Source: Chrysomallon squamiferum (Eukaryota > Animalia > Mollusca). Taken from it: a DNA stretch of 64,000 nucleotides. Positions 12,009-26,400 of the stretch are shown one piece after another; the stretch's first letter is position 1, and each line of letters starts with the position of its first letter. Under the pieces are notes generated by a model. The model was not told where the DNA came from, did no database searches, and worked only from the letters and a program-made list of their open reading frames with translations. A program made the translations under genes and the position numbers. The stretch is taken from the NCBI GenBank assembly GCA_012295275.1, contig CM022679.1:19220001-19284000 (forward strand), in the 5' to 3' direction.

Positions 12009-15000
12009 AAAAATTATTAAAGCATTTTAAACTGATTTTGTTAAGAATAGAAAATGGGAAACAGAAAGTTTATTAGTTAAACACATATTAACAAACTGTT
12101 TAGTCTTGTTAACTGTTGGTATGAAAAATAGAATAATTAAGGAAGTTTCCATTTGAAAACTAAAAACAATTTGTATAATTGTGTGTATGACTGCATAACT
12201 CTATGATATAACTAAAATGAAACTATATTACTAAAAAATAGTTTAATTTCAGCTTTTTTGAACTGTTACATGGAAATATTTTTTTTTATCTGCATATACA
12301 ATTCACTAATAATTTGCAACAAATGAAGAAAATTATTTTACACATTTGTACATTGGTATATTTTTATGTGTTATTTGTCATACTTGTATGGATGGCAGTG
12401 TTCGTGTATATAATGAAATAATTACTTTTTATAAGAAAAAAGAAATTATTTAATTTTGTTATACAAATAAAAGAGTTTTATTTAATTTTAAAATTCAGCA
12501 TAAAATTTGTTCATTTTTTTCATTCTGATTCATTTTTTTTCTGTTATTGTACTGCATGCACAGCATCCAGTTTTTGATACTACTACTAGTAGTAATTTAC
12601 ATGTAACTTTACAGTTTTTTCTAATTATTTCCATAATGTTTTGGGGGTCTTAGTTTTTTATTTTATTAAATTTTTTTGTTTTTATTTTTAAATATATTAT
12701 TTTTATGTATATACTATTAACAGGATACAGGTTTAATGTATAGCACAACAGCAATGATGCCCCTGTCAATCTCAATGCTGTCTGTATTTAATGTTTGTTT
12801 CATTACTTTTATGTTACCTTTTTCAGTCTTTTGCTTTTATAGATATAACACACACAAAAATTATATGGACATCATTGTATGTATATGAATTTTGTTTTAA
12901 ATACTATTAGTATATATGTTGTTAGAAACATTTAATCAATTTTATTTTTATTCCAGTATATTCAGCTTTTGCAAATTATAACGACTTTATTAATCATTTA
13001 ATTTTCAGATTGTTTTGGAGTTTATATTTTGTTTTTTATTCATTTTTTTCTTCTTACAGGTTTTTTTTTTTCTTCTTTTGAATAATTTTTTTTTGTTATG
13101 TTTTTGTTGTGTGTTTTTCATATAACCCAAAAATAAAAACAAATAACACATATACATTTATAAATGTTTTGATAACTATATTTACTGACAACTAACATGC
13201 AAGACAAATTCAGACAATTTTGCAATGGCTGTCAATTATTGTGCCAGTAAATTTTCTCTATTATTATTTTTTTAACTTGTTAATATTTTATTAAATATAA
13301 TTTTAGACCAAAAAATGTAGCATAGATACATATTTAACTACTGCTTTATACATTTTGCAGAAAACACATTCAAATTATGCAGTTAAATTAATGTTCTACC
13401 CATCAGCATGAAAGCTGAAAATGGAAACATGTGGTTGTTATGTTAGACTTTTAACCTGCTAGGTTTTGCATTGCAAAATGATTGAGTTCTTGTAATATCA
13501 GGCTATGTTATATACTTTAAATTACAAAATGATCTGATGTATATATAGAGCAAAGCGATGGTGAGTTAGAAAAAAACATTCATGAAACTATGCAGAATTT
13601 TTCTAATTGTTTATATCCTATGCTGGACAAAAAAATCTAATGCATTAAAAATAAAAGTTTAACATTTTGAAGGCTTAGTTTGAGTATAAAAAAAGCAAAA
13701 AAACATCAATTTGTATATATTTGGAGACAACATGTACACAAATGAGAAACAAATAAATAAGAAAATTACTGTGTTTTAATATTTGTATTGTACTTTTCAA
13801 AAACCTGTTTAACTTTCTTAAATTTTTTGTACTAATCATTTTTCTTATAACTATACAAGTTATTCCTGTCAGCAGTTAGGTTTTCTTCAGTTTCAGATCA
13901 TATTAGATGTATCAGGCCAGTGTACAAACAAGACTTTTGTTATCTTATAATATTATTAAAAGCCTGGGAGTAATATGCATAACATCAGTACACAAGTCTA
14001 CAGTATAACAGGAAAAAAAATTGTTTTGTGTTTTTAGCAAAAGAACAGAGATTTTCCTCTTGTTATTGTTTTGCAAAAGCTAACCAGATTGTCATCTTAT
14101 GGTACTCTCTTGGACCTTAAATGGAAACAGCAAACAATTTATGAATGTGTTAATTCCTGTTTATTTCTTCTTCTTTTTTTCTGGACAGACAAGAAAGTTA
14201 GAAAAGGCATTCTGCAGTTTTAAATTGCTAGAATATATTGTTTTTATGTTTTCATTAGTAAATACTGACAAATCACAGAAGTAAAGTTTGCTTTCATAAT
14301 TAAATAACAATATAGCTGCATTTTGTCATATGTGCATGTTCATGTTTTGTGTTGACTAATATTAATATATACAAGATATTGTTTATACATCTTGTGATTC
14401 ATCTGTTATTCATAAACATGAAGTAACACTTACGTAAATGTTGTGGAGTTCAAACTTTTTCTTATTTTAGAAAAATGAGCAGTTATGTAGTGAACATTTT
14501 ATAATTTGTTTGCAGTGTTCATTAATTTCAGAGTTGCACAGACATACTATTTTATTGTACATGGAAACCATCTTTATGAGCTTTATTAGTGAAAGATTTA
14601 ATAATATAATGTTCAATAAATACAATAAAATGTGACTATCAAAATTAATTATTTGTTAAAAGTATTTGGTCCTGCAAAATTTGAAGAAAATTAAATTAGA
14701 AACAGTTAACAAACATTATTATGTTCAATAAATAACAATCCTAATTCCTTTTGAAGGCAACTAAACATAGCTTCGAATTTTCAAATTTTTTCTAAAAAGC
14801 TGATTAAGTTAGTTCTGTTTTGCTGTCATTAAAGATGGTTGTAGTGTAAACTGAAGTTGCATTTATTCTTGTTTGAGTGTAATCATATGGAACTTTTTAA
14901 AATACTTGATTATAGTTTAACACAATGTTGTGAAATGGTAAACAGCATAAATTCATACTTCTGTTTATTATTGTTTTTCTTAATAAAATAATTTTTAAAA

Positions 15001-15859
15001 TTAATAATAATTTTAAAAATAAGTAAGTATAATAATAAATAATAAAAAATAAAAAAAAAAAAAACAGTTCAACAGTTTATACCAAAAAAATATTTTTAAA
15101 AGTTTAACCTAATATTTTATGAAATGGTGGTAAAATTTGTACTTTTTATAATTGTATATTTTTCCAGAATTTAAATATTTTATTTATAGACAAGTTTAAA
15201 TTCTTGTAATAATAATAATAATTAAAAATTTCAGCTCAAATCCACATATCAGTTTTAAAATACAGTTTGAAAATCATAATCACATATTTAACTTATTTTT
15301 CGATTTCAGTCATTTTCTTTCTTGATTTAAATAAATAAATAAACAAATCAATTCTGATTAATTCATGTTTATTGTTGTTAAAATAACAATGTTTCAAATT
15401 TAATAAACAAAAAAATTAAAAATTAAATTAGAAATATACTAAAATGAGTATTCCAAATCAAAGAAAAACAAATTAATTTGAAATTTTCAACATTCTGATA
15501 TTATTTACCATTTCAGTTCATCAGATATGTTGATGATTAATAACATTATTTTTATTTTTTTTATATTAGCCAGAATGCAATACTTGTTTATAAAAGATTA
15601 CAGAAAAAAACCTGAAATGTTGTCTGTTTTATTTATATATCATCATGGACATGTATGTATGTATGCATGTGTATGCCAGAACAATGAAATCTATTTTATT
15701 TCAGCTCTTCTTGTTATCATGTATATTCTTTATGAATAAAACATATAAATAAAAATAAAAAAAATTGTTTACTACACTTATAATAGGGAATTGTGTTAAT
15801 TAATTGCAAAATGTATTTGCTGCTTCTCAATAATAATTAAACAAGTAAACCCACATTTT

Positions 15860-16652
15860 ATGATTCATAGAGACCTTCAAATGCTGCTCCAACTTGATCA
15901 ACAGGGCAAAACTGGGAAACTGAATTTAATGTGGTAGACTCAGCCATGAAGATGTTCCAAGGTCTGAATTGCTTATAACTGCCATCCACCAATGAAAACA
16001 TTGACTGTGTGTATAGACAACCAATGAGGAACTGTCAGTACCAGTCACATAACTAATGTTGGCATCTTCTGCAAGACAACAGACAGTATTTGACACTCAG
16101 AACTTTGGAAGTCTGAGGTTTCTGCTTTGGTCCATCACTTTGAGCCCAAGACAAAGACAATCAGTGCAGTGGAAACATACATTCTACCATCTCCAAGAAA
16201 CACCAAAGTTGTTTCAGTAACAGAGAATGTGATGGTCTCATGTTTTGGGGATACAGATGGCACTGTCAAAATAGACAACCTTCAAAAGGAATCATAAAAT
16301 GAGCCATAAACTGAGAATACATTGCTCACATGATGAGGAAGTTGTGCAAGTCTAACAAGACAAAAAGCACAGGAAAACTGACAAAGACAGTCTTGTTTCA
16401 TTAAAACAATTCCACAAAACATGTCTATAATTATAAGTTACAATGGCTGCTGGAACAAATTGGCTTCGGCACCATTTGTTTCCAAACTTGGAAAAACTTT
16501 TGGCTGAGAAACAGTATTAGAGCTATTATTAGGTCATATCTGCAATTGTGGATTTTACATCATTAGACTGAAAGCAGCTACCCAAAAGGGATAAAAACAC
16601 TGCTTCTCTCGCAAAGGGTGTGTACCACAAGGGTAACTATTCTGAAAAATAA
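15860..16652 (+). mobile_element. Degenerate mariner (Tc1/mariner) transposase remnant
   Basis: Frameshifted pieces in mariner order: EF.CGRLSHEDVPRS, (W)VHHFEPKTK..QSVQWKH (about 16128), PSPRNTKVVSVTENVMVSCFGDTDG..IDNLQK, GKLTKTVLFH*NN, HLFPNLEKLLAEKQY, GNYSEK* (equivalent to the mariner C-terminal GDYVEK). Confidence 0.85.
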
Positions 16653-16902
16653 ACCATAAGCAGTTACATTCAACAACAGCATCAAGTTAGCCTTACCCTG
16701 TTATACAAAATTACAGAACATATAGTTTTCATTTTCAGAAAATTGTCATTTACTTCCCTTTCCCAAAATTATACAAATATTAAGATTTAACAACATCATT
16801 AAACCAACTCCAACTCAAAGAAATCTCCCAAACAAACAATGACAAAGACAAATCTGAAATGGAAACATGACTCCAGGAGAGAGAGAGTAAAAATGTTGAT
16901 TA

Positions 16903-16945
<43 letters not shown>

Positions 16946-17097
16946 TAAAATAAATAAATAAATAAATAAATACTAGAAGCGATAAAAAAAAAAAAAATAA
17001 AAAAAAAAAAAAAAAAAAATAATAATTGACGATGAATACTACTAGTTTGACAAGACAAAATGGATTATTATTTGTTCCGACCTTTTTACTTCTGCAC

Positions 17098-17909
17098 TAA
17101 CCCTGCAACACGGTTACATAAATATATCGCATCTCGTCAACACTATCCAAAACAAAACAAAACAAAAAACTTCAATAGCGCTACTGTTATATGGTATTAA
17201 CAGTTCATGTTATCTGAGACTGAGTCATAATTCCCGGAAAAATCATTAAGTTTTTTCTTTCTTTTTTCGTTGAAAAAAAGTTACCGTTAACAAATTACTT
17301 TTAGAATAAACAGTATAGAAGAGATTATTATACATAGTAAACTGTTTACGAAGCATGTGTATTTATAGTAATAGTAAGCAAAAACAATACATGATTGGTA
17401 TAATAAAACATTTACGGAAATTTTTCTCGAGGAAATCTAGCTTTCATCATAATTTTAATGTTCTAAGCAGAGGGGGTATGACCCGGTATCTGTCCAGATT
17501 ATGACTGTTTTATTGATACTTGTTACTTTTCACGTGACAGAATGCATTCACGCACCTAGATAACCCTGCAATACGGTTACATAAATATATCGCATCTCGT
17601 CAACACTATTCAGAAAAAAAAAAAACAAAAAAAAAACATTCAATAGCACTACTGTTATATGGTATTAACAGCTCATATTACCTGAGACTGAGTCATAATT
17701 CCCGGAAAAATCGTTAAGTTTTTTCTTTCTTTCTTCGTTGAAAAATGTTACCGTTAACAAATTACTTTTAGAATAAACAGTATAGAAGAGATTATTATAC
17801 ATAGTAAACTGTTTACGAAGCATGTGTATTTATAGTAATAGTAAGCAAAAACAATACATTGGTATAATACAATTTTTCATTATTTTCTCGAGGAAATCTA
17901 GCTTCCATC
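17098..17909 (+). repeat. Near-tandem direct duplication of ~350 bp (17098-17448 and 17561-17909)
   Basis: Both copies run from taaccctgcaa.acggttacataaatatatcgc to ttttctcgaggaaatctagctt with few differences; period about 463 bp. Confidence 0.92.
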
Positions 17910-18100
17910 TCGAGGCACAACAACAAAGATAATATTATTAACCAATGACGTATTCTGCGGTCACGCCTAGATTGCCTTGCACCAAATCAATTTCTTTTAG
18001 TGACAATGTTAACATTTTCGCAGCGTACATCCACTTTCATGTTGCAAGGCTAAGAACAAACCTAGAATACAAATATTAGTTTTTAAATTGTTACTGATTC

Positions 18101-18219
<119 letters not shown>

Positions 18220-18499
18220 GAAAGAAAAAAGAGAGTGGTACATCCAGAAAGATTGCTTAGTTGTTTTTGTCAGATTACACACACACACCTGAATCCAATG
18301 ATATACTGATACAATTTTTCTAACTTTAGTGAAGGAACCTATGAATTTTAAAACAGTTTATTTTTAACGCATTTTTGAGTCAAATTACAATTTGGCAGTT
18401 TGGTAGCAAACTTTTAACTTTATATCAAGTGAGATACACACGAAAGACGTATTTCTTAATTTTTATTTTCGCGTAAGAAGAATACAGAACAACCAATTT

Positions 18500-19043
18500 G
18501 TAAACGGGTAAAATGGCGACGTTTATATGTTTTCAATAGTTTTAATGGATTGTGAGCCAAAATAAGAAAAGAACTAGGAAATATAAAGATTTTTATTAAT
18601 TTGTTTATTCGTAGCAGCACGCGTAAGTTTTAACGAATCCTGAACTTGGGTCTATCTTCAAAAGTAATATCAGTTATTTTAGTTATTTTGTTCATAACAA
18701 GTTGCTTTTATTTCATCTTGTATTATTTTTGTAAATTAACTTATAAACTCACTTCTGTTTATTAACTTTATTGTTGTTTATATTTAGTGATATGTGAACA
18801 AGGACCTCCGGCTTGAGCATTTAAATCCGTGTATGGTAACCCGATAAATGCGCATGCCTGGCATACATTGATACGAGTGGGTCGAATCGTTTTCATTACC
18901 TTTCAGTATTCACTTTAGTAACTCTAAAAGGTTTAAGACGATATTGGGAATACAAGCCTTTCAGTAAGAAAATTACTGATCACCTACTATGTTTGCCTGT
19001 TTATTATAACAAAAAATGATAGATACTTATTCACCGACGGATG
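18500..19043 (+). promoter_or_regulatory. Probable ABCA promoter and non-coding first exon
   Basis: Locally CpG-enriched. YY1-like AAAATGGCG (18510-18518), partial NRF1-like TGCGCATGC (18849-18857), strong donor ATG|gtaagt at 19043/19044, matching acceptor tttcag at 20431 just before the ABCA ATG. Confidence 0.45.
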
Positions 19044-20442
19044 GTAAGTTTAATTTTTTGTTTCATTACAGCACAGTGCTGGAAATGTCGAAATGTTCAC
19101 GTAGGTTCGCATAGCTCGTTTCCATGGAACGGAAACCGAAATATTTAAACTGAAGCTAATTTTAATGTTTATTCTTTTATTTTTTATTTATTTATATTAC
19201 ATTCTTCTCATGAGATTTGTCTTAAGATAATAAATCAAACTGTTTTCTATTTGTGGTTTTTAAAAATTGTTTCTCACCTCGAGAAATACATATATATATA
19301 TATATATATACATGTAATGATCGTGTATATAAAGACTGAGTTTACAGAAATAACTTCCTTGTTTTAGAAGTTGTTATCCATACTAACTACTTAAATTGTA
19401 TAATTATTATTCAGAAGCGGCAAATACATATTGAAACTAATTAACACAATTCCCCGATTGTAAATGTAGAAATCATATTTTTTTTTTATTAACATGTTTT
19501 ATTCATAACTTTTTATGCAGTATAATTATTAAAACGGAAGAGGAGATACAGATTATCTCGCAAGATTTCTGTGAAGATGAATGACCAAAATATTAATAAC
19601 ATTATTAAAAAACAAAAAACAAAAAAACAAACAAAATCATCTAAATTACACTTCCAGTATTATAATATTTGTGATCTATTAATTTATTAATACCTTCATG
19701 CAACAGGTTTAAAATACAGAATACAGAAGAAAAATGTTACAGTGATTTTTTCCGGTCATAATGAATATTAAACAGTAAAACAAACAGAAAATGAACACAA
19801 AAAATAATTATTTATAAAGTTATCAAAAATAAAAAGAAGAAAAACTTTAACAATAAAAAATAATATAAATTATTAAATATGATCTAATGATTTCATTGGA
19901 CGCTGTTAATCATCATATACATTTTACTTTACTGGCAGATTAAACAAATGTTGGTGCAGTTAATAATTGATGTAAGACTGCCATAAACCTTTTTTTAATT
20001 CAGAATATTTAGAATTTGTCATATTGATTATTTTATGCTGTAAGCTTACTATACAGAAATTGGAAGTAAAAATGGTGATATCACTCAACATCTGTTGAAA
20101 TTAATGAGAAATATACACAAATAAAAACATTGAAAACAAGTTATTTAAAAATGAAAAGATACACAGTGATTATTAAAAAATTGTTGCATTGATTATTACA
20201 ATAAATATATTTAACTAAAAAAACAACGAAAAAACCCAGCAGCTTTCCACTTTACTTCCACATGATTTAATGTAATTATATTTATATACTAATTTTTGTA
20301 TGAGTATTTGTACATTTTTTTTTTATATAGTGTATATTTATAACTTTTCAGATGTTTTAATTAATTGTTTATACTGATAACATATCCTGTTTTATATATT
20401 TAATTAAAAACATAAAATTGTTTTATTTCAGAATACAGCAAA

Positions 20443-23400
20443 ATGAAATCTACATTCTGTAGTCAACTGAAGGCAATGCTATGGCGCAATTTTCTCCTGA
20501 AAAAGAGAACAAAGAAACAATTTATACAGGTGAGTTAAATTAATAATTTGCTTTTTGACGTTTTACCATTAATTTAAAAGAAACCTAAAATAAAAAAGTT
20601 GAAATAAAATGAAAAACTGAATTACTAAATGACAATTTTCCTTTAATTCTAATGGAAAGAGTTGTGAAGATGCCCTCCACCTATTTATAAAAGTAATAGA
20701 AAAAACACACCCATTGTGTGTGAGAAAATAATCATTGTCAGTGGAAATATTTTTTAACACTAATGAACCAAAGTAGGAAACATAACTCCATATTGCCTTG
20801 ATGGTGGCCATATATCAAAACTATTAGTTAAATCACATACAGAGTAAAATCTTATTCACTTACAACTGATATTTTTTTTATTAAAATGTATTTATAAATT
20901 TATTATTTTTATCATTATTTATAGAACATGTAAATTTTGTGGATATTTTATTGTGTTATTCTGTGGTACGTATACATACTTAAAAACTAAGATAATGTAT
21001 GTTAATAAATAAAAGATTAGTTAGAAAGTAGAAAGTTAAAGTAGCCAACTTGTTTTAATTATTTTAATATTATCTATCAACACTATTTGCTTTTATATTG
21101 TATCATTCGAATCATACGATTAAATTATATATTACCATTAATGGTTAATTTATACGAAATTATCCATATTGAATTCTTGTTTGTGCTACTGTTCTTTAGT
21201 GGATACAGAATAGTCATTTAGTAGTTTAAGCTATTGCAGATAATTAACACCTTGTTAGGTGACACTTTTATAGTCTGATACCCTTTAGTTAGGACAAGCC
21301 AAATTTTAGTTATTAATATCACTCAGACTAGTCACCGTGACACCAGGTCAACTTTAAAACTGATTATTATTGGGTGTTTAATATAACAATAATCATATTT
21401 TACATATAATACAAAGAATAAATCCAATATCAATTAAGTGTGAAACTAAGAGTGTATTCTTTAAAAAAAGATGTTGCAAAAATGTTATTTTAATTTCCAA
21501 ATAAATCATGCTGTTTTATAGACAAATATATAATACTGTTTCATGGATCATTGTTAAAAAGGTGAAGCCATTTTCCCCAGATTTCATTAAATCTGTCATA
21601 CTTAAAATTTTAAAAATAAAATCTGTCAATCTTATATTATTAAGATGATTGCCAAGTATGATCACAATAAATATATTTTATATTAATTATTAACCAGTTA
21701 ACTACAAAAATTTGTTTATTTCACCATTTATCATGCCAAACATAACTGTATGTTTATTTAGCAAAATGTTAATTCCTGAACTGCTTTCCATGTTATATTT
21801 ACTTTATGTCAGTCATTAAATAAATGTAATGTTTCAGCAGCAATTTTGCAAAATGTACATTTATTCAAATCCACATAGTAGATCAAAAACAAAAAATGAA
21901 TTTGTACTTAAATTAATCTGGGCAGTGTATGTTATGACCAGTTTCAAGGCCTTTGTTTCTTTAGTGCTTAATATTTTCTCTACCAATCATTTTATTATTT
22001 ATTTTTTTATCTCTTTTTAAAAAACAACAACAAATTTTTCATACTATTTATATACTGATATGTTAAATATTTTCTAATGCTTTGCCCAATATCTTTTTTT
22101 ATTCTGTCCTTTACATCTTGTTTATTTATTTATCCTGACATGACTATATAAAATATTATTTACATGAATAAAGTTTATTTTCATTTTGATTGTTATTAGC
22201 AGTTGTCCATTATTGATATGCTTACCTCATTATATATTTTGCAAAATAAAATAAATAATATACATCATTTTTTTGTAAATATGATGTTCAAGATCATTTG
22301 ACTTCAGGAATTAAAACTTATCTGTTGACTTTTAAGCAGTGTCCAGTGTGCCCATTTGTTGCTTCTTGTTTTTTTTGTTTGTTTTTTTATTAATTTTGTT
22401 TTTTTTGCCTTTGTTCCCGGCATAATGTTTACAAAAAGATTAATTAAAGAATTTTAATTCACTGAAGTTGTTACAGTAGTACAAATAAATACTGCACATC
22501 TGAAATATTGTTTTCATTTGTTTCAAAATGCAAAATATAAAATCATATTCAACATTTGATTACTGTGAGCCAAAAATATTAGAAAGTAAGTAATAACTGA
22601 AAAGAAATAAATTTAAGATGTTGTATAATTATTATAATTGTCTTCTTTTTTCTTTCTTTCTTTCTTTAGGAGATTTTCTTTCCAGTCTTTTTTGTGTCAC
22701 TTATGGCAATGATAAAGGGATTCACACAGCCTAAGACCTATGAAGCTACCAGCTTTCCTGAAAATCCACTTTCTGACAGCAGTTTTCACTTCAGCACCTC
22801 AAAGAAACTGTTGTTTGCACCTAATACATCTGAGATTACTAAGTTAATGATGGATGTTTCAAAGTTTCTTAATGTTGCCTCTGAAGGATTCGAAAATGAG
22901 AATGCAGCAGAAACAGCATACAAAGCTAAATCAGATGAAATAGCAGCTGGCGTGATCTTTGGATTCAATGAAACAAACCTGACCTATACAATTCGGATGC
23001 CTTACAGAACTCTGCCATCTGTCAATGTTATGTTTACACAGAATCTGAATCAGGGTTTGTATAGTTTGACAATTTTGTGTTTACGAGGTATCTAGTAATT
23101 ATTTGTGATGGTGCACATAAATCTCATGGATATTTGACACACTTGACAAAATTGTTGTTATTTAGCTAAAAAAGAAAGAGAAAAAGAGGAACAAAATGCA
23201 AAAAAATTAAAATTGAAGACAGATTTCAATTTTTTAATTTAGTTTCTGAGATATGTAACTTAGACTATTCTGTTTGTGGATAAGGAGCATCAGAGTAAAC
23301 ATACTAATAATTGTAACTCAAGATTTATAATTTTGCCTGGCGAGTGTTTGGTATCAAAATAACCAGAAAGACATAGAGAAGTAAAAGAAACTATTCATTT

Positions 23401-26400
23401 AAATGCAGAATTAGTATAAGAAAATGTCATTCAACTATATTTCACTTTAAAAATAATGAATCTGTAGAAAGGTGGGTAAATAAAATAAGAAATATTGCAT
23501 CTTATAACATAATATTTCAGAATTAAGTAGAATTTAAGATGAAAATAAAACAAAAAACCCCCAGAAATTCTAGAAATGGATATTTTTTTGTATGAATAAA
23601 GATATTGCTTTTTAACATAAAAAATACGGTGTTCAAGTTATTCATGATTTTCAAATGCTTTTATAAATAATATGTATTTTTTATGGGTTTTTTCATTCTG
23701 TTACAAGAAGTAAATTTAGACTGCATCAGTAGTATTTGTTTATGAAGTCTACTCATTAGGATTTATTTTTATATTTTGCTTAGGTCAGTGTCGAAGTCCT
23801 GATGGTACTGAATCAGGAAGTAAATGTGAAGCTAATAAATATCTCACAACAGGTTTTGTTTGGCTTCAGAATGCCATTGATACAGCACTGATTACTGTGA
23901 GTTTAGCTGGGGTTTTTTTTTTTTTTTTGTATTCTTAATAATCTCATTTCTTTCAATTAAAATTCCACAAAAAACATGCTGGACAAATTCCTCTATTTCC
24001 CCACTTACCATCAATTACACCAAAAAATAACAGCTTTAATATAAAAATGTGCACCGTGTGTCCTTAAAACCTGTTGTGTCCAGTATTTTATTGAAATAAA
24101 ATTCATTCAAATATATGCATTCATTGAAATAAAATTCTACTTTTATTTAATTTTTATTCTGTTACATAGAACTATAATCAAATTGCAGTTCCACAGTAGT
24201 TATAATTAATAATGAAAACACAAAAGTATTCACAAAACTGACATAGTATTTTTCTTCTGGTAGAATGTCGATAAAAGTCACAAACATGCTTTCAAATACT
24301 GTCTGTTCATAAGACTGACAATTATTATTATTTTTATATTATTTTATTTCTTTCATTTTATTATTATCATTAATATATTTTTATTTATTTTATTTTTTTT
24401 TTTTTTTTTTCATATCAGCTCTAGAGATTTTCATTGGCAATTAAAATTCCAAAAATTAAAGCATTTTTGTTGATAACATTTTGAAAAAAAACAAACTATT
24501 TTTGGAAAATTATATATGAGTTCTGCAAACATTTCAAAGTCAGATTTTTGGGAAGTTAACAGATGTTCTAAAATGTAGTATAATGTCAGGAAGATAAAAT
24601 AAAACTTCTATACTGATGCTCAAAATAATTATGACAGTTTAGATAACAAATTTAATAACAAAACCTAATTAATTTTTTTTTTGCACTGACAGCAATACAG
24701 CCCAGGTTTTGTCATGCCAACTGTTTCAGTTCAGTTGATGCCAAAAGATAAATTCACAGAAAGTCTTGACAGTATTCAGATTGGGTCTGTCATCTACTTT
24801 GTTTTGGCCTATTCTTTTTTCATCAACTTCCTTGTGGTGAATCTGGTTTCAGAGAAGGAAAGAAAAATTAGAGAGGGAATGAAAATGATGGGTCTCAGAG
24901 ATTCTGTTTGGTGGTAAGTGGCAACTTTCTATTAATACAAGCTGTGACAATTTCATACAGGATTAATAATATTATAAATGTGATGAATGGGGTCCAGACG
25001 ATAGTCAAATAAATTTTTAATGACTATTATTGCTATTTAAATTATATTCTTTTCTTAATTTTGAAATTTGAACTTTTTTCAGTCATATATTTCTATAAAT
25101 GACATGTCAATTAAGAACTGAAAATATTTAATTTAAGAATAATTAATTTTTATGTTCACTTTTGTTTTATAGATGAAATAATTCAATATCATTTTAGTGT
25201 TATATATCATCATACATTTTCATTCATAAATTATCTATGCAGTAGTTACTTATTTACCATTACTGTTAAAGATTTGGCAGTTATGAAAAGAAAATATAAT
25301 TAAGTGTCTTTCACTTTCAGGTTGTCTTGGTCACTTATTTACATGGTGATTATTCTCTTTGTCACTGCAATAGTTGTTCTTATTGCTTACGCAGCAAACT
25401 TTTTTGCCAACAGTAATGTCTTCATCCTGTTTATCATTCTGTTTCTGTATGGAATGTCAATAATAAACCTAGCGTTTGTCATGACTCCATTCTTCAGAAA
25501 AGCACAGGTTGCTGGACTCATAGCAGGTGTCTCAACAATTATGATCAGTTTACTTTATTTTGCTATCTCCACAACGAGGACTGTCACTCCCTCAGGTTAT
25601 GACTACAGTGTGCCTCCTGCAGGACGTTGGGCTTTATGTCTTCTGTCACCAGTAGCTTTTGCTTTGGCAATGGATCAGGTGCAAAGTTTTCCTTGAAATT
25701 TTTATTGCCATAAAAAGAAAGTATAAATTTAGTCTTAAAAACTTGTGCAGATGTTTTGAATATTATTTCCATGAACATTTTGTGATACAAAAGTTCAAAA
25801 TCGAATTTAATTTTAGGCATCACTGTATCCAAGTGCAATGTAAATGCAGACTATTGTTTCATATTTTATTTCCTTAAGTTTATCAGTAAACCATTTTATT
25901 GTTAATGTTTCCATTTTCTAACATACTTTTTATCACAAATTATATTTTGTCTGTTGAGTTTACAGTATCAGTTGATAATACACTTTTAGTTTTTAAACTG
26001 TAATCACATTTCTTTTAAATGTCTGGTATGGAGTAATCAGAATGTGTTATATGCAGTATAATGTTAGAAATAAAATTCAAATACTGCCTTAAAGATTATT
26101 ATTAATTAATAGCATTTTAAACAAAAAATAAAGACCTGAAAAGATTACAAAATAGTGCTTTAAATGCAGCTTTAATTTATTGTGGTATTTAATTTTTAAT
26201 TTTTTAGGGAATATTTTTGGATATTGCAAAAGATGGCATGACATTTTCATCAATGACTTCTGGAGATTTCCCTTTGTATGCTCCCATCTCAATGTTGTTC
26301 ATAGACAGCATCCTGTACATTTTTCTGGCTGTCTATTTTGATCATGTGATTCCAGGTGAGAAATATTAAGAATTATGCATATTTAATGGGATTATTTTCT

